Positions 38,951 through 49,621 of a stretch of 64,000 nt of DNA are shown here, in pieces (the stretch's first letter is position 1; the number at the start of each line of letters is the position of its first letter). The stretch comes from an uncultured Clostridia bacterium. GTDB taxonomy: Bacteria > Bacillota > Clostridia > Christensenellales > UBA1242. The notes under the pieces are model-generated. The model was not told the origin of the DNA. It was given only the letters and a program-made list of their open reading frames with translations, and searched no databases. The position numbers were made by a program, and so were the translations under genes. The DNA is taken from the NCBI GenBank assembly GCA_947366895.1, contig CANBBP010000005.1, forward strand, positions 1-64,000, read 5' to 3'.

Positions 38951-39413
38951 GAAAACAAAAAGAAGAAAAGTTCATCGTGGAAGAATGAAAGGTGTTGCAA
39001 CAAGAGGCAACAAACTTGCATATGGCGATTATGGTTTAATTACAACAGAACCTTGCTGGATTACATCTAATCAAATAGAAGCTGCTCGTATCGCTATGAC
39101 TAGATACATTAAGAGAGGCGGAAAAGTTTGGATTGATATTTTCCCAGACAAGCCTATAACTAAAAAACCTGCTGAAACTCGTATGGGTAGCGGTAAAGGT
39201 AACCCAGAATACTGGGTAGCAGTTGTCAAACCTGGTAGAGTACTTTTTGAAATGAAAGGTGTAGCAGAAGAAGTTGCTAGAGAAGCTCTTCGTCTTGCAG
39301 GTCATAAATTACCTTGCGTTACAAAATTTATTAAAAGAGTTGAAGATACCCCTGTTGTAGGTGAAACTGAAGTTGCTAATGAGCAAAATGAAGTAGAAGG
39401 TGGTGCAGTTTAA
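38937..39413 (+). CDS. rplP: 50S ribosomal protein L16 (short C-terminal extension)
   Basis: [15 protein letters not shown]... Confidence 0.95.
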   Translation: MLMPKKTKRRKVHRGRMKGVATRGNKLAYGDYGLITTEPCWITSNQIEAARIAMTRYIKRGGKVWIDIFPDKPITKKPAETRMGSGKGNPEYWVAVVKPGRVLFEMKGVAEEVAREALRLAGHKLPCVTKFIKRVEDTPVVGETEVANEQNEVEGGAV

Positions 39414-39637
39414 TGAAGATAAATGAAATAAGAAGTTTAACTAATGATGAATTAAACGCAAAATTAGTATCAGTTAAAGCAGAACTTTTTAATTTAAGAT
39501 TTCAACATGCAACTGGTAACTTAGCTAATCCAATGCTTCTAAACTCTTTAAAGAAAGATATTGCAAAAATTAAAACTGTTCTTACTGAAAGAGAATTAAA
39601 TATCAATACAACCTCTAGTAAAAAGGCTAAGGCATAG
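39413..39637 (+). CDS. rpmC: 50S ribosomal protein L29
   Basis: Operon position; 74 aa. Confidence 0.9.
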   Translation: MKINEIRSLTNDELNAKLVSVKAELFNLRFQHATGNLANPMLLNSLKKDIAKIKTVLTERELNINTTSSKKAKA

Positions 39638-39648
39638 GAGTGAGAAGT

Positions 39649-39906
39649 ATGGAAGAGAGAAATAATAGAAGAACAAAAATTGGTGTTGTTGTAAGTGACA
39701 AAATGCAAAAAACTTGTGTTGTTAGTGTTACTTCAAATGTTAAACACCCACTATATAAAAAAGTCGTTAAAATTACTAAAAAGTTTAAAGTACATGATGA
39801 AAACAATGAGTGTCATGTAGGCGATACCATTGAAATTATGGAAACCCGTCCTATAAGCAAAACAACTCACTTTAGACTTTTAAGAATTGTTGAAAGAGCA
39901 AAATAA
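39649..39906 (+). CDS. rpsQ: 30S ribosomal protein S17
   Basis: ATG at 39649 preferred, with RBS aggag at 39636-39640 (the track's GTG at 39640 lies inside that RBS); [19 protein letters not shown]... Confidence 0.9.
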   Translation: MEERNNRRTKIGVVVSDKMQKTCVVSVTSNVKHPLYKKVVKITKKFKVHDENNECHVGDTIEIMETRPISKTTHFRLLRIVERAK

Positions 39907-39923
39907 TAGGAGGTAATAAGTTT

Positions 39924-40292
39924 ATGATTCAACCACAAACAAGATTAAAGGTTGCTGATAACACAGGTGCTAAAGTTATTATGTGCATTAGAGTACTCGG
40001 TGGTTCTTTTAGAAGAAGTGGAAATATCGGGGACGTTATTATTGCCTCTGTTAAAAAAGCTACTCCTGGTGGAGTTGTTAAAAAAGGCGATGTTGTTAAA
40101 GCTGTTATTGTTAGAACAAGTAAGGGTGTTCAAAGACAAGATGGTTCATCAATTAAGTTTGACGACAATGCTGCTGTTATTATAGACAATCAAAAACAAC
40201 CAAAAGGTACACGTATCTTTGGACCAGTTGCAAGGGAACTTAGAGAAAATGGTTATATGAAAATTGTTTCCTTAGCACCTGAGACATTATAA
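39924..40292 (+). CDS. rplN: 50S ribosomal protein L14
   Basis: [17 protein letters not shown]... is canonical. Confidence 0.97.
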   Translation: MIQPQTRLKVADNTGAKVIMCIRVLGGSFRRSGNIGDVIIASVKKATPGGVVKKGDVVKAVIVRTSKGVQRQDGSSIKFDDNAAVIIDNQKQPKGTRIFGPVARELRENGYMKIVSLAPETL

Positions 40293-40306
40293 GGAGTTTT
40301 AAGAGT

Positions 40307-40957
40307 ATGGCAAAAATGAATATTAAAAAGGGTGATAAAGTTTTAGTTATCACTGGTAAAGATACTGGTAAAACAGCCGAAGTATTGTCTTGCTTCCCAG
40401 AAGAAAACAAAGTTACTGTTAAAGGTTTAAATATTATTGTTAAACATAACAAACCAAAATCTGCACAAGACAAAGGTGGCATTGTTAAAAAAGAAGGTAA
40501 AATACCTGCCAGTAATGTAATGGTAGTTTGTCCATCTTGTGACAAAGCAACAAGAATTGCTCATGCAATTAGTGAAAATGGAAACAAGACAAGAACTTGT
40601 AAACATTGTGGAGCAAATTTAGATAATGCTAAAAAGGCAACAAAAAAATCTACTGCAAAAGCAGAAGCAAAACCTACTACTGCTAAAGTAGAAACAAAGA
40701 AAGCAGAAACTAAAACAACTGCTAAAAAAGAAACTGCAACTGAAACAAAAACTGTAAAATCAGCTGAAGTTAAAGCAGAAACAAAATCTACTGCAAAAGT
40801 AGAAAAAACTGATGCAAAAGCAGAAGTAAAAGAAGTTAAATCAACTTCAACAAAGAAAGTAGAAAAAGCCGAGCCTGCTAAGAAGGTAGAAGATAAAAAA
40901 ACAACTACTAAATCAGCAGATAAGAAAACAACTAGCACAGCAAAGAGTGCAAAGTAG
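40307..40957 (+). CDS. rplX: 50S ribosomal protein L24, with a zinc-ribbon substitution and a ~110-aa K/A/T/E-rich C-terminal tail (216 aa)
   Basis: KOW core KGDKVLVITGKDTGK. CPSC...CKHC replaces the usual non-Cys beta-hairpin. The tail is AKAEAKPTTAKVETKKAETK... repeats. Confidence 0.9.
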   Translation: MAKMNIKKGDKVLVITGKDTGKTAEVLSCFPEENKVTVKGLNIIVKHNKPKSAQDKGGIVKKEGKIPASNVMVVCPSCDKATRIAHAISENGNKTRTCKHCGANLDNAKKATKKSTAKAEAKPTTAKVETKKAETKTTAKKETATETKTVKSAEVKAETKSTAKVEKTDAKAEVKEVKSTSTKKVEKAEPAKKVEDKKTTTKSADKKTTSTAKSAK

Positions 40958-40966
40958 GAGGAAGAA

Positions 40967-41527
40967 ATGGCAAATAAAAAAGATAGTGCTAGACTACGTG
41001 ATTATTACAAAAAAACCGTTGTTCCAGCATTGAAGAAAGAATATTCTTATAAAAATGTTATGGAAATTCCTAAACTAGAAAAAATAGTTGTTTGTATGGG
41101 TTTAGGTGCTGTTAAAGATAATTCAAAAAGTTTTAATTTAGCACTTGATGAACTTACTGCAATTACTGGTCAAAAGGCAATTCCTACTTATGCAAAAAAA
41201 TCTATCTCAAACTTTAAAGTTAGAGAAAATCAAAAAATTGGTGCAAAAGTTACACTTCGTGGAAATATTATGTACGAATTTTTAGATAAATTAATTGCTA
41301 TTGCACTACCTAGAGTTAGAGACTTTAAGGGTGTTTCAACAAAAGCTTTTGATGGTAGAGGCAATTATGCTTTAGGAATTAAGGAACAACTTATATTCCC
41401 AGAGATTTCTTATGAAAAAGTCGAACAAATAAGAGGTATGGATGTTATCATTGTTACAACAGCCAAAACCGATAAAGAAGCATACACATTATTAAGTTTA
41501 TTTGGTATGCCTTTCAGTAAAAGATAA
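40967..41527 (+). CDS. rplE: 50S ribosomal protein L5
   Basis: Operon position and sequence. Confidence 0.95.
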   Translation: MANKKDSARLRDYYKKTVVPALKKEYSYKNVMEIPKLEKIVVCMGLGAVKDNSKSFNLALDELTAITGQKAIPTYAKKSISNFKVRENQKIGAKVTLRGNIMYEFLDKLIAIALPRVRDFKGVSTKAFDGRGNYALGIKEQLIFPEISYEKVEQIRGMDVIIVTTAKTDKEAYTLLSLFGMPFSKR

Positions 41528-41550
41528 TTTTAAGAGGTTTAAAAAATATT

Positions 41551-41736
41551 ATGGCAAAAAAATCAATGATAAATAAGCAACAAAAAAAGCAAAAGTATAC
41601 AACTCGTGAATACACAAGATGTTCAATTTGTGGCAGACCACACGCAGTTTTAAAAAAGTATGGCATTTGCAGAATTTGTTTTAGAAACTTAGCCTATAAA
41701 GGTGAAATACCTGGCGTTAAAAAGTCTAGTTGGTAA
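41551..41736 (+). CDS. rpsN: 30S ribosomal protein S14, zinc-binding type Z (61 aa)
   Basis: [25 protein letters not shown] carries the CxxC...CxxC of type-Z S14. Confidence 0.93.
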   Translation: MAKKSMINKQQKKQKYTTREYTRCSICGRPHAVLKKYGICRICFRNLAYKGEIPGVKKSSW

Positions 41737-41754
41737 TAAAGGAGAAATAGGAAA

Positions 41755-42153
41755 ATGATAGTTACTGACCCAATCGCAGATATGCTTACAAGAGTTCGTA
41801 ATGCATTAACAATTAAGAAATCAGAAGTTGTTATCCCTGCTTCAAAAACAAAAAATGCCATTGCTGAAATTCTTTTTAACGAAGGCTATATTGAAAAATT
41901 TGAACTTGTAGATGATGGCAACTACAAATCAATTAAACTAACATTAAAGTATGGTCCTAATGGCGAAAAAGTTATTCAAGGATTAAAAAGAATATCTAAA
42001 CCTGGTCTTAGAGTTTATGCTGAATGCAACGATATTCCAAGAGTTCTTAATGGTTTAGGTATTGCTATTGTATCTACTAATAAAGGAATTATGACGGACA
42101 AAGAGGCTAGAAACCAAAACGTTGGTGGCGAAGTCTTAGCATTCGTTTGGTAA
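41755..42153 (+). CDS. rpsH: 30S ribosomal protein S8
   Basis: Operon position and sequence. Confidence 0.95.
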   Translation: MIVTDPIADMLTRVRNALTIKKSEVVIPASKTKNAIAEILFNEGYIEKFELVDDGNYKSIKLTLKYGPNGEKVIQGLKRISKPGLRVYAECNDIPRVLNGLGIAIVSTNKGIMTDKEARNQNVGGEVLAFVW

Positions 42154-42168
42154 GGAGGAAATTAGAAT

Positions 42169-42714
42169 ATGTCAAGAATAGGAAGATTACCAGTTGAAAT
42201 ACCAAACGGTGTAAATATTACTATTGATGATAACAATCTTGTTACAGTTAATGGTAAGTTAGGTACATTATCTCAAAAAGTAGATAAAGTTATTAAAGTA
42301 GAAATAAAGGATAACCAAGTTGTTTTAACTCGTCCTAGTGATGAAAATACTGTTAAGGCAAAACATGGCTTATACAGAGTTTTAATAAACAATATGGTTA
42401 AAGGTGTTACTGACGGCTTTTCTAAAACTATTATTATAAATGGTGTTGGTTATAAAGCTACAAAACAAGGTAACAAAGTTGTTTTAAACATAGGGTTTTC
42501 TCACCCAGTAGAACTTATTGAAGAAGAAGGAATTACTCTTGAATGTCCTGATGCAACTACTTTAGTTGTTAAAGGCATATCAAAAGAACAAGTTGGTCAA
42601 TATGCAGCCAAAGTTAGAGGTATCAAACCTGTTGAACCATATCATGCTTATGGCTTAAGATATAGTGATGAAGTTGTTATTAGAAAAGTCGGCAAAGTTT
42701 CTGGTAAGAAATAA
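42169..42714 (+). CDS. rplF: 50S ribosomal protein L6
   Basis: Operon position and sequence. Confidence 0.95.
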   Translation: MSRIGRLPVEIPNGVNITIDDNNLVTVNGKLGTLSQKVDKVIKVEIKDNQVVLTRPSDENTVKAKHGLYRVLINNMVKGVTDGFSKTIIINGVGYKATKQGNKVVLNIGFSHPVELIEEEGITLECPDATTLVVKGISKEQVGQYAAKVRGIKPVEPYHAYGLRYSDEVVIRKVGKVSGKK

Positions 42715-42731
42715 TTAGAAAGGTGTAAAAT

Positions 42732-43100
42732 ATGATTAACAAAATTAATAAAAATGTTCAAAGAAAAAAGCGTCATCTAAGAGTTAGAAAACATATTTTT
42801 GGAACAAAAACATGTCCTAGACTTAATATCTATAGAAGTACATCAAATATTTATGCACAAGTTATTAATGATGAAAATGGCACAACTTTATGTAGTGCTT
42901 CCACTCTTTCAAAAGAACTTATCGAAACTTTAAAAGGTAAAACTAAAAGTGAACAAGCTTTTCTTGTTGGCGAATTAGTTGGCAAAGAAGCTGTTAAAAA
43001 AGGTATCAAAAATGTTGTTTTTGATAGAGGCGGATATCTTTACACTGGTAGAATTTTACAAGTAGCAGAAGGTGCAAGAAAGGCAGGTTTAGAGTTCTAA
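42732..43100 (+). CDS. rplR: 50S ribosomal protein L18
   Basis: Operon position and sequence. Confidence 0.93.
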   Translation: MINKINKNVQRKKRHLRVRKHIFGTKTCPRLNIYRSTSNIYAQVINDENGTTLCSASTLSKELIETLKGKTKSEQAFLVGELVGKEAVKKGIKNVVFDRGGYLYTGRILQVAEGARKAGLEF

Positions 43101-43111
43101 TGGAGGAAAAT

Positions 43112-43813
43112 ATGAAAGACAATAATATAATTGAAGAAAATGTTGAAGCAGTTAATAATGTAGAAGTTGAAACTTCAAATGAAGTTGTTAATGAAACTCC
43201 TGTAACTGAAGAACCTAAAAAGAAATCAGGTAAAGTAGAAAAATCAACTGTTAAAACATATAGTCCAGCAGAAAAGTCAACTGGAAACAAAAAGTTTGAT
43301 AAAAAGAAAACTCCTGAAAGACCTACAACAAGAAGAGAAGAAAGTGAGTTTGATAAAAAACTTGTTGAAGTAAGGCGTGTTGCTAAAGTTGTTAAAGGCG
43401 GAAGAACAATGCGTTTTAGTGCTTTAGTTGTTGTTGGTAACCACAATGGTTTAGTTGGGGTTGGAAATGGCAAAGCTAACGAAGTTCCAGAGGCTATAGA
43501 AAAAGCAACTGCTGCTGCTAAGAGAAACTTAATTTCAGTTCCTATTGTTGGAACAACTATCCCTCACAATATTATTGGTAAATTTGGTGCTTCTAGTGTT
43601 CTTATGTTCCCTGCACCTCAAGGTACTGGTGTTATTGCTGGTGGTAGTGCTAGAGCAGTTGTAGAACTTGCAGGTATTAAAGATATTGTTACAAAATCTC
43701 ATGGTTCAAATAACAAAATTAATGGTGTTAAAGCAACAATTGAAGGACTTAAATTATTAAGAACTAAAGAAGAAGTTGCTGCACTACGCGGTAAATCTGT
43801 AGAAGAACTATAA
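43112..43813 (+). CDS. rpsE: 30S ribosomal protein S5 with a ~70-aa acidic/lysine-rich N-terminal extension
   Basis: ATG at 43112 preferred, with RBS ggagg 5 nt upstream; an alternative ATG lies at 43100. The conserved S5 core starts around [11 protein letters not shown]. Confidence 0.9.
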   Translation: MKDNNIIEENVEAVNNVEVETSNEVVNETPVTEEPKKKSGKVEKSTVKTYSPAEKSTGNKKFDKKKTPERPTTRREESEFDKKLVEVRRVAKVVKGGRTMRFSALVVVGNHNGLVGVGNGKANEVPEAIEKATAAAKRNLISVPIVGTTIPHNIIGKFGASSVLMFPAPQGTGVIAGGSARAVVELAGIKDIVTKSHGSNNKINGVKATIEGLKLLRTKEEVAALRGKSVEEL

Positions 43814-43831
43814 TATAGGAGAAATAAGTTT

Positions 43832-44044
43832 ATGGAAAAGAAAGAAACAAAAAAAGCAAAAAACACTGGCAAACTTAAAGTTACCTATGTTAAAAGTGTT
43901 ATAGGTTTTGATAAAAAACAAGTTAAAGTTATTGAAGCTTTAGGTTTTAAAAAACTTAACACCACTAAAATATTCCCAGATAATGAAAGTATTAGGGGAA
44001 GTATTTTTAAGGTAAAACATTTACTTAAAGTAGAAGAAATTTAA
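43832..44044 (+). CDS. rpmD: 50S ribosomal protein L30
   Basis: Operon position and KLKVTYVKSVIG. Confidence 0.9.
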   Translation: MEKKETKKAKNTGKLKVTYVKSVIGFDKKQVKVIEALGFKKLNTTKIFPDNESIRGSIFKVKHLLKVEEI

Positions 44045-44175
44045 TTTTTTTTAGTTTTTTATTTTAATAATGGCAATTATTTATCTTAAAGATAATTTCT
44101 GTTACTTTTGGTAAATAATTTAATGTAATTAAAATACTACATTTACAAATTTTAGTGAAAGGAGAGTAGTTTTAA

Positions 44176-44622
44176 ATGAACATTCAATCATTGAAACCTG
44201 CCGAAAATTCTAGATTTAAAGAAAAAAGACTTGGTCGTGGCATAGGTAGTGGACTTGGAAAAACAAGTGGTAAAGGTCACAAAGGACAAAATGCTAGAAG
44301 TGGTGGTGGTGTTCGTGTTGGTTTTGAAGGTGGACAAATGCCACTTGTAAGAAAATTACCACGAAGAGGCTTTAACAATGCTATTTTCAAAAAACAATAT
44401 TCTATTGTAAATATTTCAGACTTAAATAAGTTTGATGAAAATGCTATTGTAGATGCTAATGCACTTATAGAAAAAGGTATTCTTTCTAAAGTAGAAGAAT
44501 ATGGGGTTAAAATTCTTGGCAATGGTAAACTTGAAAAAGCATTGACCGTTAAGGCTAATAAATTTTCTGCAAGTGCTGTAAAGAAAATTAAAAAGTCTGG
44601 CGGAAAGATTGAGGAGGCATAA
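44176..44622 (+). CDS. rplO: 50S ribosomal protein L15
   Basis: Gly-rich N-terminus [19 protein letters not shown]. Confidence 0.95.
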   Translation: MNIQSLKPAENSRFKEKRLGRGIGSGLGKTSGKGHKGQNARSGGGVRVGFEGGQMPLVRKLPRRGFNNAIFKKQYSIVNISDLNKFDENAIVDANALIEKGILSKVEEYGVKILGNGKLEKALTVKANKFSASAVKKIKKSGGKIEEA

Positions 44623-45926
44623 TGTTTAAGACTCTTAGAGAAGCATTTAGAATTAAAGAGGTTAGAAAAAAAATCCTTCTTACTTTATTGCTACTTCTTA
44701 TTTATAGATTAGGTTGCTGGATACCAACTCCTGGTATTGCACTTTCCACCTTTCAAGGTGCTGTAAATAAAGATACTGGGTTCTTATCGATTATAAGTGC
44801 TGTAAGTGGTAACGCATTATCAAATGGTGCTTTACTTGCTTTAGGTGTTGTTCCTTATATTAATGCTTCAATTATTATTCAACTTTTAACAGTTGCAATT
44901 CCTGCTTTAGAAAGATTATCTAAGCAAGGAGAGGACGGTAAGAAAAAAATTTCTAAATACACAAGAATTTGTGCTTTAGTTTTAGCGATTGCTCAGTCTG
45001 TAGGTATTGTTGTTGGTTTTGGTACTAGCAGTTTAGATTCAAGCGTTTTCTTTGGGAATGCTTTCGTTACAGGTGCTATGGTTGTTTTAATTCTTGTTGC
45101 TGGCTCTATGTTTACTGTATGGCTAGGCGATAAGATAACAGCTCTTGGTGTTGGTAACGGATTATCACTTCTTATTTTTGTAGGCTTGCTATCAAGTGCA
45201 GGTACTGCAATATTCAGACAAATTACTGATATTTCAGTTGCTAGTTTAGATAAAGTTTGGACAATCCTTTTATTCTTTGTATTATTAATAGCTATATTTG
45301 CTTTTATCGTTTGGATTGATAGTGCTGAGAGAAGAGTTCCTGTTCAATATGCTAAACAAATTAAAGGTAGAAAAATGTATGGTGGTCAAAACACTAACAT
45401 TCCTATCAAAATTAATGCTTCTGGTGTTATGCCTATAATTTTTGCTACTGCTTTAATTAGTTTTCCACAATTAATTATGAGTATCTTTTGGTATAGCACT
45501 GAGGAAGGTAGTGCATACATGTGGTATGCAAAAAATTTAGGTTCAGGTACTTGGATTTACAGTTTGTTAGTTGCTATCTTAATTTTAGCTTTCTCATACT
45601 TTTATTCACAAATTAGTTTTAATCCAGAAGATGTATCTCGACAAATTCAACAAAATGGCGGTTTTATTCCAGGCTATCGTGCTGGTAAACCAACTGCCGA
45701 TTATCTTAAAAAAGTTTCTAATCGTATTACTTTGTGGGGTGCAATTTTCTTAGCTTTTATTGCTTTGATTCCTACTTACATCTTCACATTCGTTGGTACT
45801 CCAGGTTCGCTTATTAATGCTTTTAGTGCAACAGGACTTTTAATTGTAGTTTCCGTAGCACTTGAAATTGATAAACAACTTGAGGCACAACTTTTGATGA
45901 GAAATTATAAGGGCTTTCTAAAATAA
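44622..45926 (+). CDS. secY: Preprotein translocase subunit SecY
   Basis: 434 aa, ten hydrophobic segments, position after rplO. Confidence 0.95.
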   Translation: MFKTLREAFRIKEVRKKILLTLLLLLIYRLGCWIPTPGIALSTFQGAVNKDTGFLSIISAVSGNALSNGALLALGVVPYINASIIIQLLTVAIPALERLSKQGEDGKKKISKYTRICALVLAIAQSVGIVVGFGTSSLDSSVFFGNAFVTGAMVVLILVAGSMFTVWLGDKITALGVGNGLSLLIFVGLLSSAGTAIFRQITDISVASLDKVWTILLFFVLLIAIFAFIVWIDSAERRVPVQYAKQIKGRKMYGGQNTNIPIKINASGVMPIIFATALISFPQLIMSIFWYSTEEGSAYMWYAKNLGSGTWIYSLLVAILILAFSYFYSQISFNPEDVSRQIQQNGGFIPGYRAGKPTADYLKKVSNRITLWGAIFLAFIALIPTYIFTFVGTPGSLINAFSATGLLIVVSVALEIDKQLEAQLLMRNYKGFLK

Positions 45927-45989
45927 AACAATCTTTGAAAAATTAATTTAATATACAAAATTTTATTAAAAATTTGAGGAGAAAAAATT

Positions 45990-46610
45990 ATGAAAATCGT
46001 TTTATTAGGACCTCCAGGAAGTGGAAAGGGTACACAAGCCCATTTAATTTGTGAAAAATACAATTTACCTCACATATCAACTGGTGATATATTTAGAGCA
46101 AATCTTGCTCAAGGTACGGAACTTGGTAAGAAAGCAAAAGAATATATGGACAAGGGAGCTCTTGTTCCAGATGACCTTACAATTTCAATTGTTGTTGATA
46201 GATTGAGTAAGGATGATTGTAAAGATGGTTTTGTTTTTGATGGTTTTCCTAGAAATCTTGCACAAGCAAAAAAACTTGATGAAATGGTAACTTTAGACAA
46301 AGCAATAATGATTCATCTTGATGATGAAGAAATTATAAATAGATTGTCAAAAAGAAGAATGTGCAAAGGCTGTGGAAATCCTACTCACTTAGACTGGTTA
46401 GTAAATGGCAAGTGTGAAAAGTGTGGTGGTGATGTTTATCAAAGAGAAGATGATGAAGAAAGCACAATCAAATCAAGACTAGAAAAACAAAAATTACCTC
46501 AAGATGTTATAGATTTTTATAAACAAAAAGGTATTTATGAACAAATTACATCTACTGATACAAAAGAAAAAACTTTTATATTATTAGATGAGATTTTAAA
46601 GAAGATATAA
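45990..46610 (+). CDS. adk: Adenylate kinase (zinc-binding lid CxxC...CxxC)
   Basis: P-loop GPPGSGKGTQA and a lid with CKGCG...CEKCGG. Confidence 0.95.
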   Translation: MKIVLLGPPGSGKGTQAHLICEKYNLPHISTGDIFRANLAQGTELGKKAKEYMDKGALVPDDLTISIVVDRLSKDDCKDGFVFDGFPRNLAQAKKLDEMVTLDKAIMIHLDDEEIINRLSKRRMCKGCGNPTHLDWLVNGKCEKCGGDVYQREDDEESTIKSRLEKQKLPQDVIDFYKQKGIYEQITSTDTKEKTFILLDEILKKI

Positions 46611-46623
46611 TAGAAGGCGATTT

Positions 46624-47358
46624 ATGATTAAGATTAAAACCGATAAGGAAATTGAATTGCTGAGGATTGCAGGTGAAATAACAAAAAATACTTTATTAGA
46701 AGTAGAAAAACATATTAAACCTGGAGTTACAACAAAAGAACTTGATAAAATCGCTTACGACTATATTAAAAAAAATAACGCAACACCTTCGTTTTTGCAT
46801 TATGGTGGCTTTCCTGCAACCATTTGTGCTTCTGTTAATGAAGTTGTTGTTCACGGATTTCCTGATGATAAACCTCTTAAAGAGGGTGACATATTAAGTG
46901 TTGATGTGGGGGCTTGTTATAAGGGATATCATGGTGATAGTGCTAGAACATTTCCAGTAGGAAATATCTCAGTTGAAAATCAAAAATTAATTGATGTTAC
47001 AAAACAAAGTTTCTTTGAAGGAATTAAAAACATCAAGGCAGGAAATACAGTTGGAGACATATCGTCTCAAGTTCAACGATATGTTGAAAAACATGGGTTT
47101 GGCATTGTTAGAGAAATGGTTGGTCATGGTGTTGGAAAAGAACTTCATGAAGAACCAGCTGTACCAAATTATGGCTATGCAGGGCTAGGTCCAAAACTTA
47201 AAGAAAATATGGTTATTGCCATAGAACCTATGGTTACTGCGGGTGACTATCATGTTATAATTGATGGTTGGCTTTGCAAAACAAAAGATGGTTTGCCTTC
47301 TGCCCACTATGAAAACACTGTTCTAATAACAAGTGACGGCATTGAAATCTTAACTTAA
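46624..47358 (+). CDS. map: Methionine aminopeptidase type I
   Basis: Operon position and the pita-bread-fold metal ligands pattern (D...D...H...E...E). Confidence 0.9.
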   Translation: MIKIKTDKEIELLRIAGEITKNTLLEVEKHIKPGVTTKELDKIAYDYIKKNNATPSFLHYGGFPATICASVNEVVVHGFPDDKPLKEGDILSVDVGACYKGYHGDSARTFPVGNISVENQKLIDVTKQSFFEGIKNIKAGNTVGDISSQVQRYVEKHGFGIVREMVGHGVGKELHEEPAVPNYGYAGLGPKLKENMVIAIEPMVTAGDYHVIIDGWLCKTKDGLPSAHYENTVLITSDGIEILT

Positions 47359-47370
47359 AGGAGAAGTATT

Positions 47371-47631
47371 TTGATAGAACAAGGTTGTATAGTTACTTCT
47401 TTAAAAGGGCATGACACTGGTAGGATTTATGTTGTTGTAAAAGTTGATGGTGAATTTGCACAAGTAGTTGATGGAAAATATAGACTTTTACAAAATCCTA
47501 AAAAGAAGAGGATTAAACACTTACAAGATTTGCACGAAAAATATGATAGTTTTGAAGAAAAATTATTAACAAATAAGTTATACGATTTTGAAATCAAAAA
47601 GAAATTATCGGGCATTTTGCACAAAGATTGA
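47371..47631 (+). CDS. Small KOW-domain-like RNA-binding protein between map and infA
   Basis: KOW-like motif [25 protein letters not shown]; a small gene at this position is common in Clostridia. Confidence 0.55.
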   Translation: MIEQGCIVTSLKGHDTGRIYVVVKVDGEFAQVVDGKYRLLQNPKKKRIKHLQDLHEKYDSFEEKLLTNKLYDFEIKKKLSGILHKD

Positions 47632-47659
47632 AATTACTACTTTAAAAAAAGGAGATTTT

Positions 47660-47884
47660 ATGCCAAAATCAGATTGTTTGGAAACAGAAGGAGTTGTAAC
47701 TGAAGTTTTACCTAATGCAACTTTTAAAGTAAAACTACAAAATGGGGTTATAATTACTTGTTATATTTCTGGTAAACTTAGAATGAATTTTATTAAAATT
47801 CTAGTTGGCGATCAAGTTAAAGTTGAAATGAGCCCATATGATTTAACAAAGGGCAGAATTACTTGGAGAAGTAAATCAAATTAA
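47660..47884 (+). CDS. infA: Translation initiation factor IF-1
   Basis: Start moved to the ATG at 47660 (RBS aaaggag): [29 protein letters not shown]...[35 protein letters not shown]. Confidence 0.93.
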   Translation: MPKSDCLETEGVVTEVLPNATFKVKLQNGVIITCYISGKLRMNFIKILVGDQVKVEMSPYDLTKGRITWRSKSN

Positions 47885-47912
47885 AATACACTATTATAGA
47901 GGAGTTAGAAAA

Positions 47913-48029
47913 ATGAAAGTTAGACCATCGGTTAAACCTATTTGCGATAAATGCAAGGTTATAAAAAGAGAAGGCAAAGTTATGGTTATTTGCTCTAAGA
48001 GTAAAAAACACAAACAAGTTCAAGGTTAA
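47913..48029 (+). CDS. rpmJ: 50S ribosomal protein L36 (38 aa); not in the supplied ORF track
   Basis: [38 protein letters not shown], with RBS ggag upstream. Confidence 0.92.
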   Translation: MKVRPSVKPICDKCKVIKREGKVMVICSKSKKHKQVQG

Positions 48030-48180
48030 TATATTTCTTTGAACTTTTAAATATTGAAAATAACATAATATGTGGGCGGCTGTTTAAAAAGAAGATTCTT
48101 TTTAAATCCACATTTATGTAGATATATATTTTTAAAATCAAATAATTTTAATTTTAGTTTATTATGGAGGAAAAAGGAAA

Positions 48181-48561
48181 ATGGCTCGTATTGCTGGTGT
48201 TGATTTACCAAACGAGAAAAGGCTTGAAATAGGTCTTACATACATAAAAGGTATTGGAAGACAAACAAGCAATAAAATTTTAGCTGACACAAAAATCAGC
48301 CCTGATATTCGTGTTAAAGATTTAACTGAAGCTCAGGTTGCAACATTAAGAAATTATATTGAAAAAAATCTTACTGTTGAGGGAGATTTAACTAGAGAAG
48401 TTTCTCTTAATATTAAGGCTTTAAGTGAAATTGGCTGTTACAGAGGAGTAAGACATCGTAAAGGCTTACCTGTTAGAGGTCAAAGTACAAAACAAAATGC
48501 TAGAACAAGAAAAGGTCCAAAGAAGACTGTTGCTAGAAAGAAAAGTGTAATAGGTAAATAA
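48181..48561 (+). CDS. rpsM: 30S ribosomal protein S13
   Basis: [14 protein letters not shown]... Confidence 0.97.
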   Translation: MARIAGVDLPNEKRLEIGLTYIKGIGRQTSNKILADTKISPDIRVKDLTEAQVATLRNYIEKNLTVEGDLTREVSLNIKALSEIGCYRGVRHRKGLPVRGQSTKQNARTRKGPKKTVARKKSVIGK

Positions 48562-48572
48562 GGAGTTAGACA

Positions 48573-48968
48573 ATGGCTGTTGATACTAAAAAAACTAGTA
48601 AAAAAAGAAAACAAACTAAAAATGTAGATAAAGGTGCAGTACATATTCAAGCATCTTTTAACAACACTGTTGTTACATTTACAGATATGGCTGGTAACAC
48701 TATTTCTTGGTCTAGTGCCGGCTCATTAGGTTTTAAAGGTGCTAGAAAAAGCACCCCATTTGCAGCTCAACAAGCAGTTGAAACTGCTGGAAAACTTGCA
48801 AAAGACCAGGGTTTAAAATCAGTAGAAGTTTATGTTAAAGGACCAGGCAATGGTAGGGAGGCTGCTATTAGAGCATTATCTACTTGTGAATTTAATGTTA
48901 CAAAGATTAGTGATGTTTCGCCAATCCCTCACAATGGTTGTCGTCCTCCTAAAAGAAGAAGAATTTAA
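48573..48968 (+). CDS. rpsK: 30S ribosomal protein S11
   Basis: Operon position and sequence. Confidence 0.95.
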   Translation: MAVDTKKTSKKRKQTKNVDKGAVHIQASFNNTVVTFTDMAGNTISWSSAGSLGFKGARKSTPFAAQQAVETAGKLAKDQGLKSVEVYVKGPGNGREAAIRALSTCEFNVTKISDVSPIPHNGCRPPKRRRI

Positions 48969-48986
48969 GAGGAGAGAAATAGAGAA

Positions 48987-49607
48987 ATGGCAAAATATAC
49001 AGATGCAGATTGCAGACTTTGCAGAAGAGAAGGTTGTAAACTTTTCTTAAAGGGAGATAGATGTATTTCTCCTAAATGTGCAATAGAAAAAAGACCAGTA
49101 GTTCCTGGACAACATGGTATGGGTAGAAAGAAAACTACTGAGTATAGTTTACAATTAAGAGAAAAACAAAAAGTAAAAAGAGCATATGGCTTATTAGAAA
49201 AACAATTTAGACAATCTTATGAAAAAGCAACACGTATGAAAGGTGTTGTTGGCGAAAATATGCTTAGTTTATTAGAAAGAAGATTAGACAATGTTGTTTA
49301 CAGAATGGGTATAGGCGATTCAAGAAGTGAAAGCCGCCAAATTGTAAATCATGGTCATATTTGCGTAAATGGTAAAGTTGTAAATATTCCTTCTTATATG
49401 GTAAAAATAGGCGATGAAATTTCTATTAAAGAAAGCAAAAGAGATTTACCAAAGTTCAAACAACTTAAAGGTATCAAAATTGTTATGCCTAAATGGTTAG
49501 AATTTGATTCTAACAAACTTACTGGCAAAATTAATGCATTGCCAAAGAGAGATGATATAGACTTGAATATTCAAGAACATATGATTATTGAGTTATATTC
49601 AAGATAA
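48987..49607 (+). CDS. rpsD: 30S ribosomal protein S4
   Basis: [16 protein letters not shown]... (zinc-finger-type S4). Confidence 0.95.
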   Translation: MAKYTDADCRLCRREGCKLFLKGDRCISPKCAIEKRPVVPGQHGMGRKKTTEYSLQLREKQKVKRAYGLLEKQFRQSYEKATRMKGVVGENMLSLLERRLDNVVYRMGIGDSRSESRQIVNHGHICVNGKVVNIPSYMVKIGDEISIKESKRDLPKFKQLKGIKIVMPKWLEFDSNKLTGKINALPKRDDIDLNIQEHMIIELYSR

Positions 49608-49621
49608 GGAGGATTTTTTCT

